Below, in pieces: positions 63,903 through 64,000 of a stretch of 64,000 nt of DNA (position 1 is the stretch's first letter; every line of letters begins with the position of its first letter). Both the position numbers and the translations under genes were made by a program. The stretch is from positions 3,052 through 67,051 of the forward strand of contig CAJPGC010000034.1 in the NCBI GenBank assembly GCA_905339405.1, in the 5' to 3' direction. Below the pieces are notes generated by a model that worked only from the letters and a program-made list of their open reading frames with translations, had not been told where the DNA came from and did not search any database. The stretch is from an uncultured bacterium (GTDB lineage: Bacteria; Desulfobacterota; GWC2-55-46).

Positions 63903-64000
63903 CAGCTGGATGCGTTGTCCCTTGCAAGGTATTGTATTCTCGATAGAAAGATAACACAGGTAACGCGCTATTAACAATATGAAAGTTGGCTGGCCGGCCG

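Noticed and set aside
1..64000. tRNA, rRNA, transposase or integrase genes; selenocysteine or frameshift recoding
   Set aside because: None recognised by eye. tRNAscan-SE, Rfam and ISfinder were not run, so small RNAs could be missed.

Overview
GC-rich (visually ~55-60%) chromosomal window with strong ATA/AGG codon use. Gene content (pilB-pilT-pilC-pilS-pilR-pilA layout, small multiheme cytochromes, CBS-PPase) points to a deltaproteobacterium/Desulfobacterota-like diderm; the placement is inferred. Left to right: (1) end of a glycan cluster (GT2, NDP-sugar epimerase, methyltransferase); (2) general-stress genes and a Cld/HemQ-family heme protein; (3) GH13, arfB, membrane spermidine-synthase-like fusion, prfC, CBS-PPase, Tim44-like protein; (4) a regulator-beta-barrel-two-cytochrome unit; (5) a ~12 kb sulfur assimilation cluster headed by a SAM-I riboswitch (ThrC-like PLP enzyme, small sulfite reductase, TusA, ThiS/MoaD carrier ending GG-AA, NIL, CysM, JAMM, MoeB, atypical radical SAM, DASS transporter, USP, APS reductase, Sat), punctuated by palindromic ~80-210 bp repeats; (6) an uncharacterised envelope cluster (pilin-like, FlgT-like, DUF799-like, CsgG-like, SLH lipoprotein, beta-barrel); (7) nadB, slt, pgsA and two-component genes; (8) a type IV pilus locus with a sigma54 promoter and candidate PilR boxes; (9) a TMTC-like GT-C and a convergent glycan-modification operon with three radical SAM enzymes and an orphan E1 alpha/beta pair. 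The best candidates for undescribed biology are the carrier-protein sulfur relay with its orphan radical SAM, the pilin-linked glycan tailoring island, the CsgG/FlgT envelope cluster and the miniature porin-cytochrome-like unit. All family calls come from motifs read by eye; no database searches were run.
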